Below are positions 10,322 through 19,715 of a DNA stretch of 64,000 bases, in pieces. The notes beneath the pieces are model-generated. The model did no database searches, was not told the DNA's origin, and was given only the letters and a program-made list of their open reading frames with translations. How positions within the stretch are numbered: position 1 is the stretch's first letter; every line of letters begins with the position of its first letter. This DNA comes from an uncultured Halobacteriales archaeon (GTDB lineage: Archaea > Thermoplasmatota > E2 > JACPAO01 > JAHFTW01): assembly GCA_964643795.1 (NCBI GenBank), contig CAZXUC010000010.1, positions 13,748 through 77,747 of the forward strand. The letters run 5' to 3'. Position numbers and translations under genes: made by a program.

Positions 10322-10943
10322 CAAGGACCGTCAACTCTTCGTCGTCGTGGGCGGCGGGCACCCCGCTCGCAGGGCCATAACGGCAGCCAGGATTCTCGGT
10401 GTTGGCGAAGAGGCGCTTGACCGCATCGGCATCGCAGCAACCCGCCTTAACGCGCAAACACTTGCCTGCATCCTGAAGCAATACAAGGCCGACGTTAACC
10501 TCGAGATTCCCCACTCCGTCCATCAAGCGCTGCGGTTCGCTGAACAGCACGCCATCGTCCTCATGGGGGGAACACAGCCGGGCCACTCCACCGACTACGT
10601 GGGCGTCGAACTCGCCGTCGAAGGAAAATGCGCCCGCTTCGTCAACGCGACGAACGTCGACGGCGTCTACACGCGCGACCCAGCCAAGCACAAGGACGCC
10701 AAGCACCTCCCGAACCTCTCGTTCGAGGAGATGCTGCAGATAATCGAGGAACGCGAATGGACCGCCGCCGGCGCCCCCGGCGTAATCGACGGGCCAAGCA
10801 CCATCCTCATAGCGACGAAAGGCATCGCCACCAACGTGTGCGACGGACGCGACCTTGCCAACTTCGCGAAGGCGGTAAAAGGCGAGGCGTTCAAGGGAAC
10901 GAAGGTCAGCGGTAAGCCCGTCCTCATCGCGGGAGGCCGCTGA
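10221..10943 (+). CDS. pyrH: Archaeal UMP kinase
   Basis: IGGSIL, VVVGGG, DRIGIAATRLNA, GGTQPGHSTD, TNVDGVYTRDP. Confidence 0.95.
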   Translation: MERVSIVIGGSILAPPEPDTGYLAKVAETLMALSKDRQLFVVVGGGHPARRAITAARILGVGEEALDRIGIAATRLNAQTLACILKQYKADVNLEIPHSVHQALRFAEQHAIVLMGGTQPGHSTDYVGVELAVEGKCARFVNATNVDGVYTRDPAKHKDAKHLPNLSFEEMLQIIEEREWTAAGAPGVIDGPSTILIATKGIATNVCDGRDLANFAKAVKGEAFKGTKVSGKPVLIAGGR

Positions 10944-11141
10944 ATGTCCGCCCCCGGAGTCTTGGAGCACAAGCACTGCGAAGTGTGCGGCAAACCCGTT
11001 CCCGTTGACGTCCGCGTCTGCGACGAGGCCTGCCAGAAGGGACTCGATGCGTCGATTCGCGCGAAGAAACGCGGTATGTACATGTTCGTCGGCCTGATTT
11101 TCTTGCTCCTCATCATCACGCAACTCGACAATTTCCGGTAG
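10944..11141 (+). CDS. DUF2116-type Zn-ribbon membrane protein
   Basis: HKHCEVCGKPVP...CDEAC plus a C-terminal TM helix; typical neighbour of archaeal pyrH. Confidence 0.85.
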   Translation: MSAPGVLEHKHCEVCGKPVPVDVRVCDEACQKGLDASIRAKKRGMYMFVGLIFLLLIITQLDNFR

Positions 11142-11226
11142 CCAGCGCCCGCTGCGGTGCTGCCTCGGCCGGGCGCACCACGTTTCCGCAGATTTCGCCG
11201 ATTGCGCAGAACGACGCCCGACTACC

Positions 11227-11316
11227 TACCGAGGATTCCGGGAATTACGGGGAACGGACTGTGCCCCTGTGTCCCCGAAATCTCCGTAATCCCCGGTCGG
11301 TTGATCGCTGAATTCG
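11227..11316 (+). repeat. Family C palindromic repeat (inverted copy at 26758-26847)
   Basis: TACCGAGGATTCCGGGAATTACGGGGAAC-loop-GTGTCCCCGAAATCTCCGTAATCCCCGGTCGGTTG. Confidence 0.9.
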
Positions 11317-11345
11317 CGTAGTCACGCGTGTTCCAGGCCCCCGGC

Positions 11346-11402
11346 CACATGACTTACCGCAGTCCGCCGACGGCGGCGGGGCCGGGCACGGGTTGAGGTT
11401 GA
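11346..11402 (+). repeat. Family B non-palindromic dispersed motif
   Basis: CACATGACTTACCGCAGTCCGCCGACGGCG...CACGGGTTGAGGTTGA; also at 15463, 26730 (-) and 33534. Confidence 0.85.
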
Positions 11403-11464
11403 ACCATGCACCTGGAGGTCACGCCGACGACGCCCTTTTGATGGGGGTCCTGGTGGAGCATCCG

Positions 11465-12985
11465 ATGGAGCCGACCCTATCGCTCGCCGAGCGCCGCCTC
11501 GTGCAGGCGCTCCCACGCGACGGTTCCAACCTCGCCGTCACCGAGGTGGCGAAGAAGGCCGGATTTGCTAAGGATGTCGAGGCCCTCGTTGCGAGTTCGG
11601 GGCCGGAACGCCACGGCCTCATCGCAATCGACGAGACCGTCGAGGCGCGCTACGCCCTCACGGCGGAAGGCCAACGCATCCACGCCATCGGGCTTCCTGA
11701 GGTCCGCGCGCACCAAGTCCTCGAAGCTGCACCCGGCCCCCTCACCCTCGCGGAACTCGCAAAGCGGGCCCACCTGTCGGATTCGGAGTCCCGCGTCATC
11801 GTGGGCCTACTGAAGAAGAACGGTTGGGCGAGCGTCGATAAAGGCACGGCCGGCATGACCATCGTTGTCGTCCGCGTGCCACGCAACGGCTACGCGCCTG
11901 CAGCCGTGTTGGCGCAACTCGGAGCCGAAGCGCGTGCGGCGCCAGCGAGCGACGCGTTGCGGGCACTCATCGAGCGCGGCCTTGCCGCCGCCGTGACGGT
12001 GACGGCGCGCGCGATGCGACTCACGCCTGCGGGCCAGAAGTTCGTGGGCGGCATGGCGGCAACCGCCGTCGGCGCGGTGGAAGTCAACCAGATTACGCCC
12101 GAACTCATCGCGAAGTGGTCGACGCTGTCGCCAGCTGACCGAGCCAAGCACCAAATTCGTCCATTCGACTTCGGGGTTTCAGTGGCACCACAGTATCCGG
12201 GCAAGACCCATCCGCTCACTCACATGATCGAGGAGATTCGCGACATCTTCGTCGGCCTCGGCTTCAAGGAGATCGCGGGGGACTACGTCGAGTCGGCGTT
12301 CTGGAACATGGACACGCTGTTCATCCCGCAGGACCACCCGGCGAGGGACATGCAGGACACGTTCTACCTCGACGAGCCTGCGACGGCAAGCGTTCCGGTG
12401 GCATTGTGGCAGACGGTCCGCGACGCCCAAACGACCGGCGGTATGACGGGAAGCACCGGTTGGGGCGGAACCTTCACGGAAGCGGAGTCGAAGCGCGCCC
12501 TGCTGCGCACGCACACGACGGTGACGACCATCCGGCACCTCGCCGCGAATCCCCAGGCTCCCGCGAAAGTGTTCGGCATTGGCCGCGTCTTCCGCAACGA
12601 GGCCATGGACGCCACCCATCTTCCCGAGTTCCACCAGATCGAAGGCATCCTGATGGAGGAGGGCGCCGACTTCCGCATGCTCATCGGCATCCTGCGCGAA
12701 TTCTACGAACGCCTCGGGTTCCCGCAAATCAAGTTCAAGCCCAGCTACTACCCCTACACGGAGCCGAGCTTGGACGTCGCGGTCAAGTGGGGCGACAAGT
12801 GGTTGGAGTTAGGTGGAGCCGGCATCTTCAGACCAGAAGTCACGCAGCCGCTCGGCGTCAAGGTTCCGGTGCTGGCTTGGGGGTTGGGTTTGGAGAGGTT
12901 GGCGATGCTGCGCTTGGGCTTGAAGGATATTCGTGGCCTCTACGTGAGTGACGTGCAGTGGTTGAGAGAAAGTCCAGTGCGTTGA
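11465..12985 (+). CDS. pheS: Phenylalanine-tRNA ligase alpha subunit (archaeal long form)
   Basis: GKTHP, FWNMDTLFIPQDHPARDMQDTFY, FRNEAMDATHLPEFHQ, YPYTEPS, AWGLGLERL. Confidence 0.97.
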   Translation: MEPTLSLAERRLVQALPRDGSNLAVTEVAKKAGFAKDVEALVASSGPERHGLIAIDETVEARYALTAEGQRIHAIGLPEVRAHQVLEAAPGPLTLAELAKRAHLSDSESRVIVGLLKKNGWASVDKGTAGMTIVVVRVPRNGYAPAAVLAQLGAEARAAPASDALRALIERGLAAAVTVTARAMRLTPAGQKFVGGMAATAVGAVEVNQITPELIAKWSTLSPADRAKHQIRPFDFGVSVAPQYPGKTHPLTHMIEEIRDIFVGLGFKEIAGDYVESAFWNMDTLFIPQDHPARDMQDTFYLDEPATASVPVALWQTVRDAQTTGGMTGSTGWGGTFTEAESKRALLRTHTTVTTIRHLAANPQAPAKVFGIGRVFRNEAMDATHLPEFHQIEGILMEEGADFRMLIGILREFYERLGFPQIKFKPSYYPYTEPSLDVAVKWGDKWLELGGAGIFRPEVTQPLGVKVPVLAWGLGLERLAMLRLGLKDIRGLYVSDVQWLRESPVR

Positions 12986-13022
12986 TTCCGTCCACGTCAG
13001 CGGTGGGCGGGGGCGCCCGAGT

Positions 13023-13203
13023 GTGGGAGGCCTGGGATTGCACGGATTCACACAGATTTTGGTCCTCATTGGGTTCGCCACTTCACGCGAAGGTCGCGGA
13101 ACCCCGCAGAATCGCTTCCGCGCCTTCCGCGTTCTCCGCGTGAAGTGTAGTGCCTTGCGCGCAAAAACACAATCTGTGAATCTCTGTGCAATCCCAAGCC
13201 TCC
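13023..13203. repeat. Family A inverted-repeat element with nested family D palindrome (13081-13145)
   Basis: GTGGGAGGCCTGGGATTGCACGGATTCACACAGATT...AATCTGTGAATCTCTGTGCAATCCCAAGCCTCC. Confidence 0.9.
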
Positions 13204-13283
13204 AGTTCTGCTGTGACGCAACACCATTGCTTCAAGCCCCCGAAGCGAAAAACCAAATGACCACCCGGCCGCATGTCTGCCTC

Positions 13284-13736
13284 ATGCAAGCCAAGGAACT
13301 CGGCCACGTCGTCTTCTACGTGCGTGACCTGCAGGCCAGTCTTCGATTCTACCGCGACGTGCTGGGCTTCCATGTCGTCGGCGATGCTTTCGGCGGCAAG
13401 GCAGCGGCCCTCGTCGCTGGGAACCACCGCACACACCACGAGATGCTGCTCATCGAAGTCGGCAATGCACCCGGCAACCCACCCGGACGGCGGCGGGGAC
13501 TGTACCACATTGGAATCAAGGTCGGTGACTCGATGGATGAACTGCGCCAAGTGGTCGCAGATCTCAAGAAGGCAGGCGTCCGCATCGACGGCACGTCGGA
13601 TCACACCGTGAGTTGGAGCCTCTACTTGCACGATCCGGACGGGAACGAACTCGAATTGTACTGCGACAACCCCGCGATCGATTGGCGAAGCGACCCGAAG
13701 GCAGTGATGGCGCCGATTAGGCCGCTTCAGCTGTGA
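13284..13736 (+). CDS. VOC/glyoxalase family protein
   Basis: LGHVVFYVRDL..SLRFYRDVLGF, GLYHIG, SLYLHDPDGNELELY. Confidence 0.92.
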   Translation: MQAKELGHVVFYVRDLQASLRFYRDVLGFHVVGDAFGGKAAALVAGNHRTHHEMLLIEVGNAPGNPPGRRRGLYHIGIKVGDSMDELRQVVADLKKAGVRIDGTSDHTVSWSLYLHDPDGNELELYCDNPAIDWRSDPKAVMAPIRPLQL

Positions 13737-13941
13737 AGTCGACGCCGTCCACGAGGTAGTAGGCCATCAGGATTCCCTTACCTAGTTCGGCGACAGGCTC
13801 CAATGGGCGCGCCGCTGCCTCGTCCGGGTACCCCTCGAGACGGACCAAGTCGCGCAGTTCCGCCTGTTCTGCAGCGGTGAGCGCCCGCTTTGGGTAGCTG
13901 AGCGCCAGCAGGCGACGAAGCTGCGGCAACGACAAGTTCAT
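13717..13941 (-). CDS. Hypothetical protein, 74 aa
   Basis: ATG-started helical-looking ORF; no family recognised. Confidence 0.5.
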   Translation of the reverse strand: MNLSLPQLRRLLALSYPKRALTAAEQAELRDLVRLEGYPDEAAARPLEPVAELGKGILMAYYLVDGVDFTAEAA

Positions 13942-14179
13942 GGACGCTCCTGGAAAGGCGGAGTGTTCTCTTGGAGTTTTTGGTCAGGTGGCGGGCGACC
14001 GGCCTCAGGATTCGATATTCGCCCTCGAGGTATCGCAGCCTCGCTTCAAGCTGCTTCACTTCGGACCAGAGGAATCGGAATACCCCGGCGAACGCCGCGA
14101 GGCCAGCCAACAAAAGTCCCGCAAGTCCCAGCAGGTCGGTCACTGCAGGTGCGAGCTGAAACCCCGTGAACAACGCCAT
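13778..14179 (-). CDS. Hypothetical membrane protein with short coiled coil
   Basis: TM helix LLGLAGLLLAGLAAFAGVF then EVKQLEARLRYLEGE; the 3' part overlaps the next ORF. Confidence 0.45.
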   Translation of the reverse strand: MALFTGFQLAPAVTDLLGLAGLLLAGLAAFAGVFRFLWSEVKQLEARLRYLEGEYRILRPVARHLTKNSKRTLRLSRSVHELVVAAASSPAGAQLPKAGAHRCRTGGTARLGPSRGVPGRGSGAPIGACRRTR

Positions 14180-14231
14180 GGCACAGGCCAAGGCCTGTTC
14201 AATGAAACCGCTGCGGCCTAAAGGCCTCAGC

Positions 14232-14636
14232 TCACGGCTTGGAGCGTTGATAGTCGTCGGCCAAGCGTTCAATGTCGTCTTCGCGGCATTCGCCCATCTG
14301 CAGTTCCACGATGACGAGCGGGTCCTTGCCCGTGTTCGCGATGCGATGCGTCGCCCCAATCTCCACGACGTGCGTGTGCCCGGGGACGAGCTTCGTGGGC
14401 GGCTCCGTGCCTTGGTCCTGCCCCTCGCCGGAGATGACGCGCCAGATTTCCTTGCGGTGGCCGTGCTTCTGCAGGCTCATGCGGGCGCCCGGTTTGACGA
14501 CCATGCACTTGAGGGTCGCCTCGGGCGTCCGGTACCAATCGACCCACAAGCCCCACGGCCGTTCCTCGACGGTGTCGGATTCGAAGAGGCCAAGTGCCTT
14601 GAGTGCCTGGCGTAGGTCATGCATCGGGCGGGCCAT
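14232..14636 (-). CDS. Cupin, mannose-6-phosphate isomerase type II C-terminal-like
   Basis: ERPWG, VKPGARMSLQKH..RKEIW, HRIAN, IVELQMG, EDDIERLADDY. Confidence 0.92.
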   Translation of the reverse strand: MARPMHDLRQALKALGLFESDTVEERPWGLWVDWYRTPEATLKCMVVKPGARMSLQKHGHRKEIWRVISGEGQDQGTEPPTKLVPGHTHVVEIGATHRIANTGKDPLVIVELQMGECREDDIERLADDYQRSKP

Positions 14637-14692
14637 TGGCTGGCGCTATTTGGTTCATTGTAACCGCGGCCTTGCAGCCCAGATTACCCGGC

Positions 14693-15136
14693 TTAGGTAA
14701 TCGTCAGGGTGTACGTGCGGGTCTGGCCGTTGTTGACTGCAATTTCTGCAGTAGTGGTGCCGGGGGCGATGGTGCCTGTCGCCGCGGCTGTGGGTTGCGC
14801 TCCGTTGAAGCCGATGCAGCCCGAGCCGCCCTGCGAAGGCTGGCCGCCCGTGAAGGTCAAGGCCCAGGTGCGGTTTGCGGCCTCGGGGGGGATGGCGATG
14901 TCGACCGAGCTGACACGGTCCTGGTTTTGCCCCGCGAGGGTGCAGTCCTGGACGCCGCTGACCGTGCCGGTCTTGACAATCGGCTCCAGCGTCATGTTCT
15001 CGGTGCCGTTGCCGTTTCCGCCCGGGCCGTTGGTGCCGGAGGGCGACGAGGAACCGTCAGAATCGCCTTTTCCGCCGAAGCAACCGGCGAAAAGGAGGGA
15101 GCAGACCAGGGCAAAGACGACTTTTAGCTTGTCCAT
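14693..15136 (-). CDS. Small lipoprotein
   Basis: Lipobox LFAGC, Ser/Gly linker, beta-rich C-terminus. Confidence 0.8.
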   Translation of the reverse strand: MDKLKVVFALVCSLLFAGCFGGKGDSDGSSSPSGTNGPGGNGNGTENMTLEPIVKTGTVSGVQDCTLAGQNQDRVSSVDIAIPPEAANRTWALTFTGGQPSQGGSGCIGFNGAQPTAAATGTIAPGTTTAEIAVNNGQTRTYTLTIT

Positions 15137-15289
15137 GCTCGCAGCTAGCTGGCATATCTCATAGGTTTTGCGGTGACAGTGTGGCAGTGTTTGCCGGTTT
15201 CCGGGCCGAAAAAAGAGCGGCAATCGCAGCCAAGCGAGGTTTGCCCTTTTCCGCAGATTTCGCAACTGTCCCCAATCACCTTGGCCCTG

Positions 15290-15403
15290 GTGTGGGAGGC
15301 CTGGGATTGCACGGATTGTCACAGAACGTGGTCTGCGCGTGCCTTGCCTCCACTGCGCGAAAAATCATCTTTGCATTTCTGTGAAATCCCAGGCCTCCCA
15401 CAC
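15290..15403. repeat. Family A inverted-repeat element (short interior)
   Basis: GTGTGGGAGGCCTGGGATTGCAC...GTGAAATCCCAGGCCTCCCACAC. Confidence 0.9.
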
Positions 15404-15462
15404 TGTGCCTGCCTCGTTCGGGCAGGCGTTACGCGACGGGCGCCGTCCTTCGAAGCCCCGTC

Positions 15463-15512
15463 CACATGGATTACCGCAGTCCGCCGGCGGCGTGGTCGTC
15501 CACGGTTTGAGG
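15463..15512 (+). repeat. Family B motif
   Basis: CACATGGATTACCGCAGTCCGCCGGCGGCG...CACGGTTTGAGG. Confidence 0.85.
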
Positions 15513-15640
15513 CTGCGGCCAGATGAGGCTCGCCGCATTGCTGGCACAGCCGGTTGTTTGGGATTCTGTAGAGTCGAGACGGCAAGCGAATCGGCGTCAA
15601 CTGTGAAATCTGCCGAAAACGTGGGCTCGCGTCGTCTGAC

Positions 15641-16396
15641 TCACAAATAAGGATGCCCGCGCTCGACCTTCATTTTGCGTAATTCCTGCTGAATCTTGCC
15701 GCGCACGTCGTCCGCGATGGCATGGACGCGTTCGACATCGTCGATGTCCTTCGCGGTGCACCCTTTGAAGGGCATTTGCGGCAGGAACTTGATGCGCCAC
15801 TTGACCGGCTTCGGCAGTAGATTGCGCGGGATTGGTAGCCCGCCCTTGATCTTGAGTAGGTCCTCGTACGACTCGATGCGCGTCCCGATGGGGTTGGATT
15901 CCTCGCCGCCGAGAACGCACACGGGAATGACTGGGACGTTGGTGGCCATCGCGACGCGCACGAATCCACGCGCGAAGGGCTCGAGGACGTAATCCGCGCT
16001 GGGCCGGAAGGCACCCTTTTCGCCTTCGGGGAATACCATGACGAGGTGTCCGCGCTCGACTTGCTCACGCATGGCATCCTTCGTAATCTCGTAGAGGCCG
16101 ACCTTGCGCGCAAACTTCGCCGTCGCGGGCGCCTTGAACCACGCCGCATGCGCCATACCGCGGGGTAGGCGCTCGATGCCGTCATAGACCGACAAGGCGG
16201 TGAGCGCGTAGTCGAGGCCGAGCCACCCCGTGTGGTTGGCCGCGAGAAGGGCCGGCCCCTTCGTCGGGATGTTGTCCAGGCCGGCCACCTGGAGGCGCGT
16301 GTAGCTGCGCAGCGTGCGCAGGAACGGTGCAAGCCTATCCACGAATTCGGGGTCCATGGTATCTGGGGCGGGTGCGGCCGTTCCCGGCTCGGGCAT
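15641..16396 (-). CDS. Lysophospholipid acyltransferase family (PlsC-like)
   Basis: ANHTGWLGLD, VFPEG, ARGFVRVA, VPVIPV. Confidence 0.9.
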   Translation of the reverse strand: MPEPGTAAPAPDTMDPEFVDRLAPFLRTLRSYTRLQVAGLDNIPTKGPALLAANHTGWLGLDYALTALSVYDGIERLPRGMAHAAWFKAPATAKFARKVGLYEITKDAMREQVERGHLVMVFPEGEKGAFRPSADYVLEPFARGFVRVAMATNVPVIPVCVLGGEESNPIGTRIESYEDLLKIKGGLPIPRNLLPKPVKWRIKFLPQMPFKGCTAKDIDDVERVHAIADDVRGKIQQELRKMKVERGHPYL

Positions 16397-16500
16397 ACGC
16401 AGCAAGATGCGCCGCTGGATTTGGTGTTGCCGCCGCGGCCCGAGGCTACGGCTTGCGCGAGTTCATCCGTTTTTCCGCAATCGCGTGGCCTTGGACGTTC

Positions 16501-16995
16501 CTAGGCGCCGCCGTTGCGCCGCAATGCCACGGCCACAGCGAGCAGGCCGAGCAGCAGCGCGGGGGCCGAGGTCGGAATGCCCTTCGCGTCATCGTGTTGG
16601 GCATCGACTTCGGCTTGCAGGATGGCGAGCTCGGCGGAGAGCCGGTTGATGTCGTCGCGCAGGTCAGCGTTCGTTGGCACGCCGGCTTCGGGGAAGGTGA
16701 TCGAGGAGCGGTCGAGGACGGCGCCGCCCGCAGTGATGGCCTGCGCATTCATCGTGGTGCCGTTGATGGCTCCAGTAAGGTCAAGCAGGTATTGGCCGGG
16801 TTGCGTGAGGACCAAGGGCTTGTCGAACGTGAAGCAGCCTGGCCATCCAAACTGCGTCTTGAGCGCCTGCGAGATGGTCTGGCCGTTGGGCGCCGTCAGT
16901 GTTGCCGTCAGGGCGCCAGGATTCACGGTCGTGAGCGCGGCGCGCGTGCCGGTCGCCGGGTTCTCGGTGAAGCACACGTCGAGGCATGTCGGGCC
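16501..16995 (-). pseudogene. 5'-truncated surface protein with CTERM-type anchor
   Basis: Has a C-terminal anchor (IPTSAPALLLGLLAVAVALRR) but no signal peptide; in-frame stop at 16996-16998; abuts the repeat array. Confidence 0.6.
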
Positions 16996-17020
16996 TCAGG
17001 CCTGAACGGCCGCCCGACGG

Positions 17021-17247
17021 AACCGCGGATTACGCGGTGTGCGGTGGAACCTTGTTCCGCACCGACCGCCGAACCGCGGATTTCGCGGATTGCGCGGAGT
17101 GCGGTAGAACTGCGTTCCGCGCACCGACTAAACCGCGGATTACGCGGATTACGCGGAGTGCGGTAGAACTGCGTTCCGCGCAATCCGCGAAATCCGCGGT
17201 TACGTCGTCGGAAGCGCGGTACAACTGCGTTCCGCGCAATCCGCGGT
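17021..17247. repeat. Family H array: about 3.5 tandem 50-60 bp modules built from 9-nt units, with an inverted end
   Basis: AACCGCGGATT starts at 17021, 17072 and 17131; GCGGTAGAACTGCGTTCCGCGCA recurs; inverted arm AATCCGCGAAATCCGCGGTT. Confidence 0.9.
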
Positions 17248-17271
17248 CAAGTGGGCCACGAGAGGCCGCTC

Positions 17272-18480
17272 CTACGCTTTGACGCCGGCGAACTTCAGAA
17301 TCAACTTGTACGTTTCGTCGATGGACTGGTGCGCCGTGTTGAGGACGACGCACTTTGCGCGGCGGGCCTCGTTGCGGAAGAAGTCCTCCTGCCGCTTGTG
17401 ATCCGGCGCAAGCAGGTACGGGTTGTACCAAGGCTCCGATGCGTAAGTTCCCCACTTCTCGCGTGGCCCCGCGCCCGGGCGGATGAGTGTGCGGCCCTCT
17501 TGCAGGAGCTTGACCAACTGGTCCTCATTCAGCTCGACGACGGACGGCTCCTTGTCGTCGCGGCGAAGCAGGACGATGAGGTCGATGGAGGTGCCGTCCT
17601 TGACGCGCTCGGGGCCCATCATCCACTCGCGCGCGAGCAGCGCGCGCGAGTTGCCAAAGCCCCAGTAGCAATAGGGGTACCCTTGGTTGAACATGCAGTT
17701 CCCCTTGAGGCACGACGGCGACTCGCACTTGCCTTGCTCACGCACGACGTTCTCGACCTTGCAGCGGTCGAAGATGGGAATCAGCCAAGGCTCGTTCTCC
17801 GCGTTCTCCGTCCTAACGTACAAGGCCACTTCCGGCTGGTAGACGTTGAGCCGCTCGCCCGGGGCGAGAGTCTCCGGGTGGTGGATATAGATCCAGTCGT
17901 CGCCGATGACCTTGCCCTTCGGGTGCTGCAGCAGGCGGTTGACTTGCGTCGTCTTGCCCGTCCCGGTGGGGGCGATGATGACGATGCCCTTGCCGTCGAC
18001 TTCAGCGGCGGCCCCGTGGATGGAGTGAGTGTCGAATTTCCGTTCCAGGACGACGGCGGCCAAACCGAGCGCCCAGGACTTGCATTGACCGTAGTAATCC
18101 GTGTTTACGAAGAGGGCCGTATCGAGGCTCGGGCAGTAGTAGGCGTGGACCTCGTGGTCGGGCACGCCGACGATGGAGTAGAGGTGCCCATGCGGCTTGA
18201 CGTGGTCCCCCACAGTATGCCAGTTCTCGGTCCAGAATTCGTATTGGTGACGGGAATTCGTGATGAGTTCCACGATGATGCCATCGATGTTGGCCTTGCG
18301 GCGAAAGGTCTCTTCGAACTTGAGGTGCGGCAGGACCGAGCCGAGCAAGGCGTGCATCTTGTCGGCGGAGAGGTCCTTCGTCGAATCGACGCGTCCGGCG
18401 GCGAGAGTGTGGTAGTTGTCCAGGGCCGGGTTTCCCTTGGCGCCGGCGGACTTGGGGGTCACGGTGACGGTCATGGACAT
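17272..18480 (-). CDS. PEPCK/HPr-kinase-superfamily P-loop protein of unknown function
   Basis: HSIHGAA, IAPTGTGKTT, IGDDW, YVRTE, NSRA; Cys cluster CESPSCLKGNC...YC. Confidence 0.8.
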   Translation of the reverse strand: MSMTVTVTPKSAGAKGNPALDNYHTLAAGRVDSTKDLSADKMHALLGSVLPHLKFEETFRRKANIDGIIVELITNSRHQYEFWTENWHTVGDHVKPHGHLYSIVGVPDHEVHAYYCPSLDTALFVNTDYYGQCKSWALGLAAVVLERKFDTHSIHGAAAEVDGKGIVIIAPTGTGKTTQVNRLLQHPKGKVIGDDWIYIHHPETLAPGERLNVYQPEVALYVRTENAENEPWLIPIFDRCKVENVVREQGKCESPSCLKGNCMFNQGYPYCYWGFGNSRALLAREWMMGPERVKDGTSIDLIVLLRRDDKEPSVVELNEDQLVKLLQEGRTLIRPGAGPREKWGTYASEPWYNPYLLAPDHKRQEDFFRNEARRAKCVVLNTAHQSIDETYKLILKFAGVKA

Positions 18481-18610
18481 GGGGACCACACTTCGCCACG
18501 GGCCGGCCCCTAAAACGGTTTGCTGGGCGGGAGGCTTCTATGTGTAGCCTACAAAAAGCAGGTGCCGACGCCGCATCGGCCTTTTTCTATCCCTTCACCC
18601 CTGTAGCGCC

Positions 18611-19633
18611 ATGGCTTCTTCGTGGGCTGGCTGTGTCGCCGTGTCGTTCCTAGTGCTGGCCGGCTGTTCTGCCAAGCCAAACGCCGATGCGGACGGCACC
18701 GCCTCCGGCAGCGACTCCGGCACAGGCGGCCCGGCCGCGAATGCGACTCTCCCGATGCCAGTTACGCTCGTGCGCACCTTGTACCTCACCCCGACGGGCT
18801 TGACGTGGGAGTTGCCCGCCGCGAACACTGCCCCAATCCGGGGCTCCTACTCGGATCTCGCGGCCGGCTTCGAAACCAACGAATTCAGCAGTGGTCCCGT
18901 CGCGAATGCCACCGTCGTCGAGAACGTCGACGTACGCGTGCAACTATGGATTGAGGCCACCACTGCGCCCGTCGTCCCTTCGCGCCAGCTCGATGTGGGG
19001 GCGTGGTTCGGGTCCTCGCGCTCGTCGCCGCTTAGTACGCTCGTTGCTTTGGCAGACCCCTTCATGCCCGGCGTGCCGACGCTCGTCGAGTTCGACATGC
19101 AGTTCAGCGGCAAACGCGGAATCTTCGTCCCGGTTGGCGAGGCCTTGCACTTCGAATTCCTGGCCGGCATGGGGCAGGACGACCGGGCCGGCATGCTGCG
19201 CTTGCACACGGGCGGGGACAAAGCCTCCAACCTCAACCTCACCGTGACGGACCTGCCGATCGACCCGACCGCCGCGTCCTCCATGTCCGCCAGCGAAGTG
19301 TTCACAGGTGAGGTCATGAACGTCTTCTCGCCCACCGATTGCAGCGAACCGCCAGCCACGGTAGGCGACCACGAAGTCACTGTCCCGCTCAATGCCACGA
19401 AGCTCGAAGCCACCCTGACGCGCTCGTCGCCGGCCACCGTGCAAACCGACCTGGACATCGACCTCCTCGACGGAGCAACCGGCCTAACCGGAGGCCACAC
19501 GCCGCGTTCGGAGGAGGGAATTCTGCTTGCCGGCCCGACGCTTGCTGGGCTGCAGGGACAAACGCTTACGATTCGCGTCACGGCCTGCTCAGGCGGGACC
19601 AGTCCGTACTCCGTAACGGTCGTCATGACGTAG
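18611..19633 (+). CDS. Secreted lipoprotein, beta-rich (PPC-like C-terminus)
   Basis: Lipobox LAGC; TDLDIDLLD...LTIRV...YSVTV. Confidence 0.8.
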   Translation: MASSWAGCVAVSFLVLAGCSAKPNADADGTASGSDSGTGGPAANATLPMPVTLVRTLYLTPTGLTWELPAANTAPIRGSYSDLAAGFETNEFSSGPVANATVVENVDVRVQLWIEATTAPVVPSRQLDVGAWFGSSRSSPLSTLVALADPFMPGVPTLVEFDMQFSGKRGIFVPVGEALHFEFLAGMGQDDRAGMLRLHTGGDKASNLNLTVTDLPIDPTAASSMSASEVFTGEVMNVFSPTDCSEPPATVGDHEVTVPLNATKLEATLTRSSPATVQTDLDIDLLDGATGLTGGHTPRSEEGILLAGPTLAGLQGQTLTIRVTACSGGTSPYSVTVVMT

Positions 19634-19715
19634 GGCGCGGTTCCCGATGCGAGGCGCCAAAGGGCACGGCCAAGGGCACCGCCGCCGTTTTGAGGGCGAC
19701 GCCCGTCGCCAGCGT

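Noticed and set aside
17021-17247. CRISPR array
   Set aside because: The modules are degenerate tandem copies without unique spacers, and there are no cas genes or leader.
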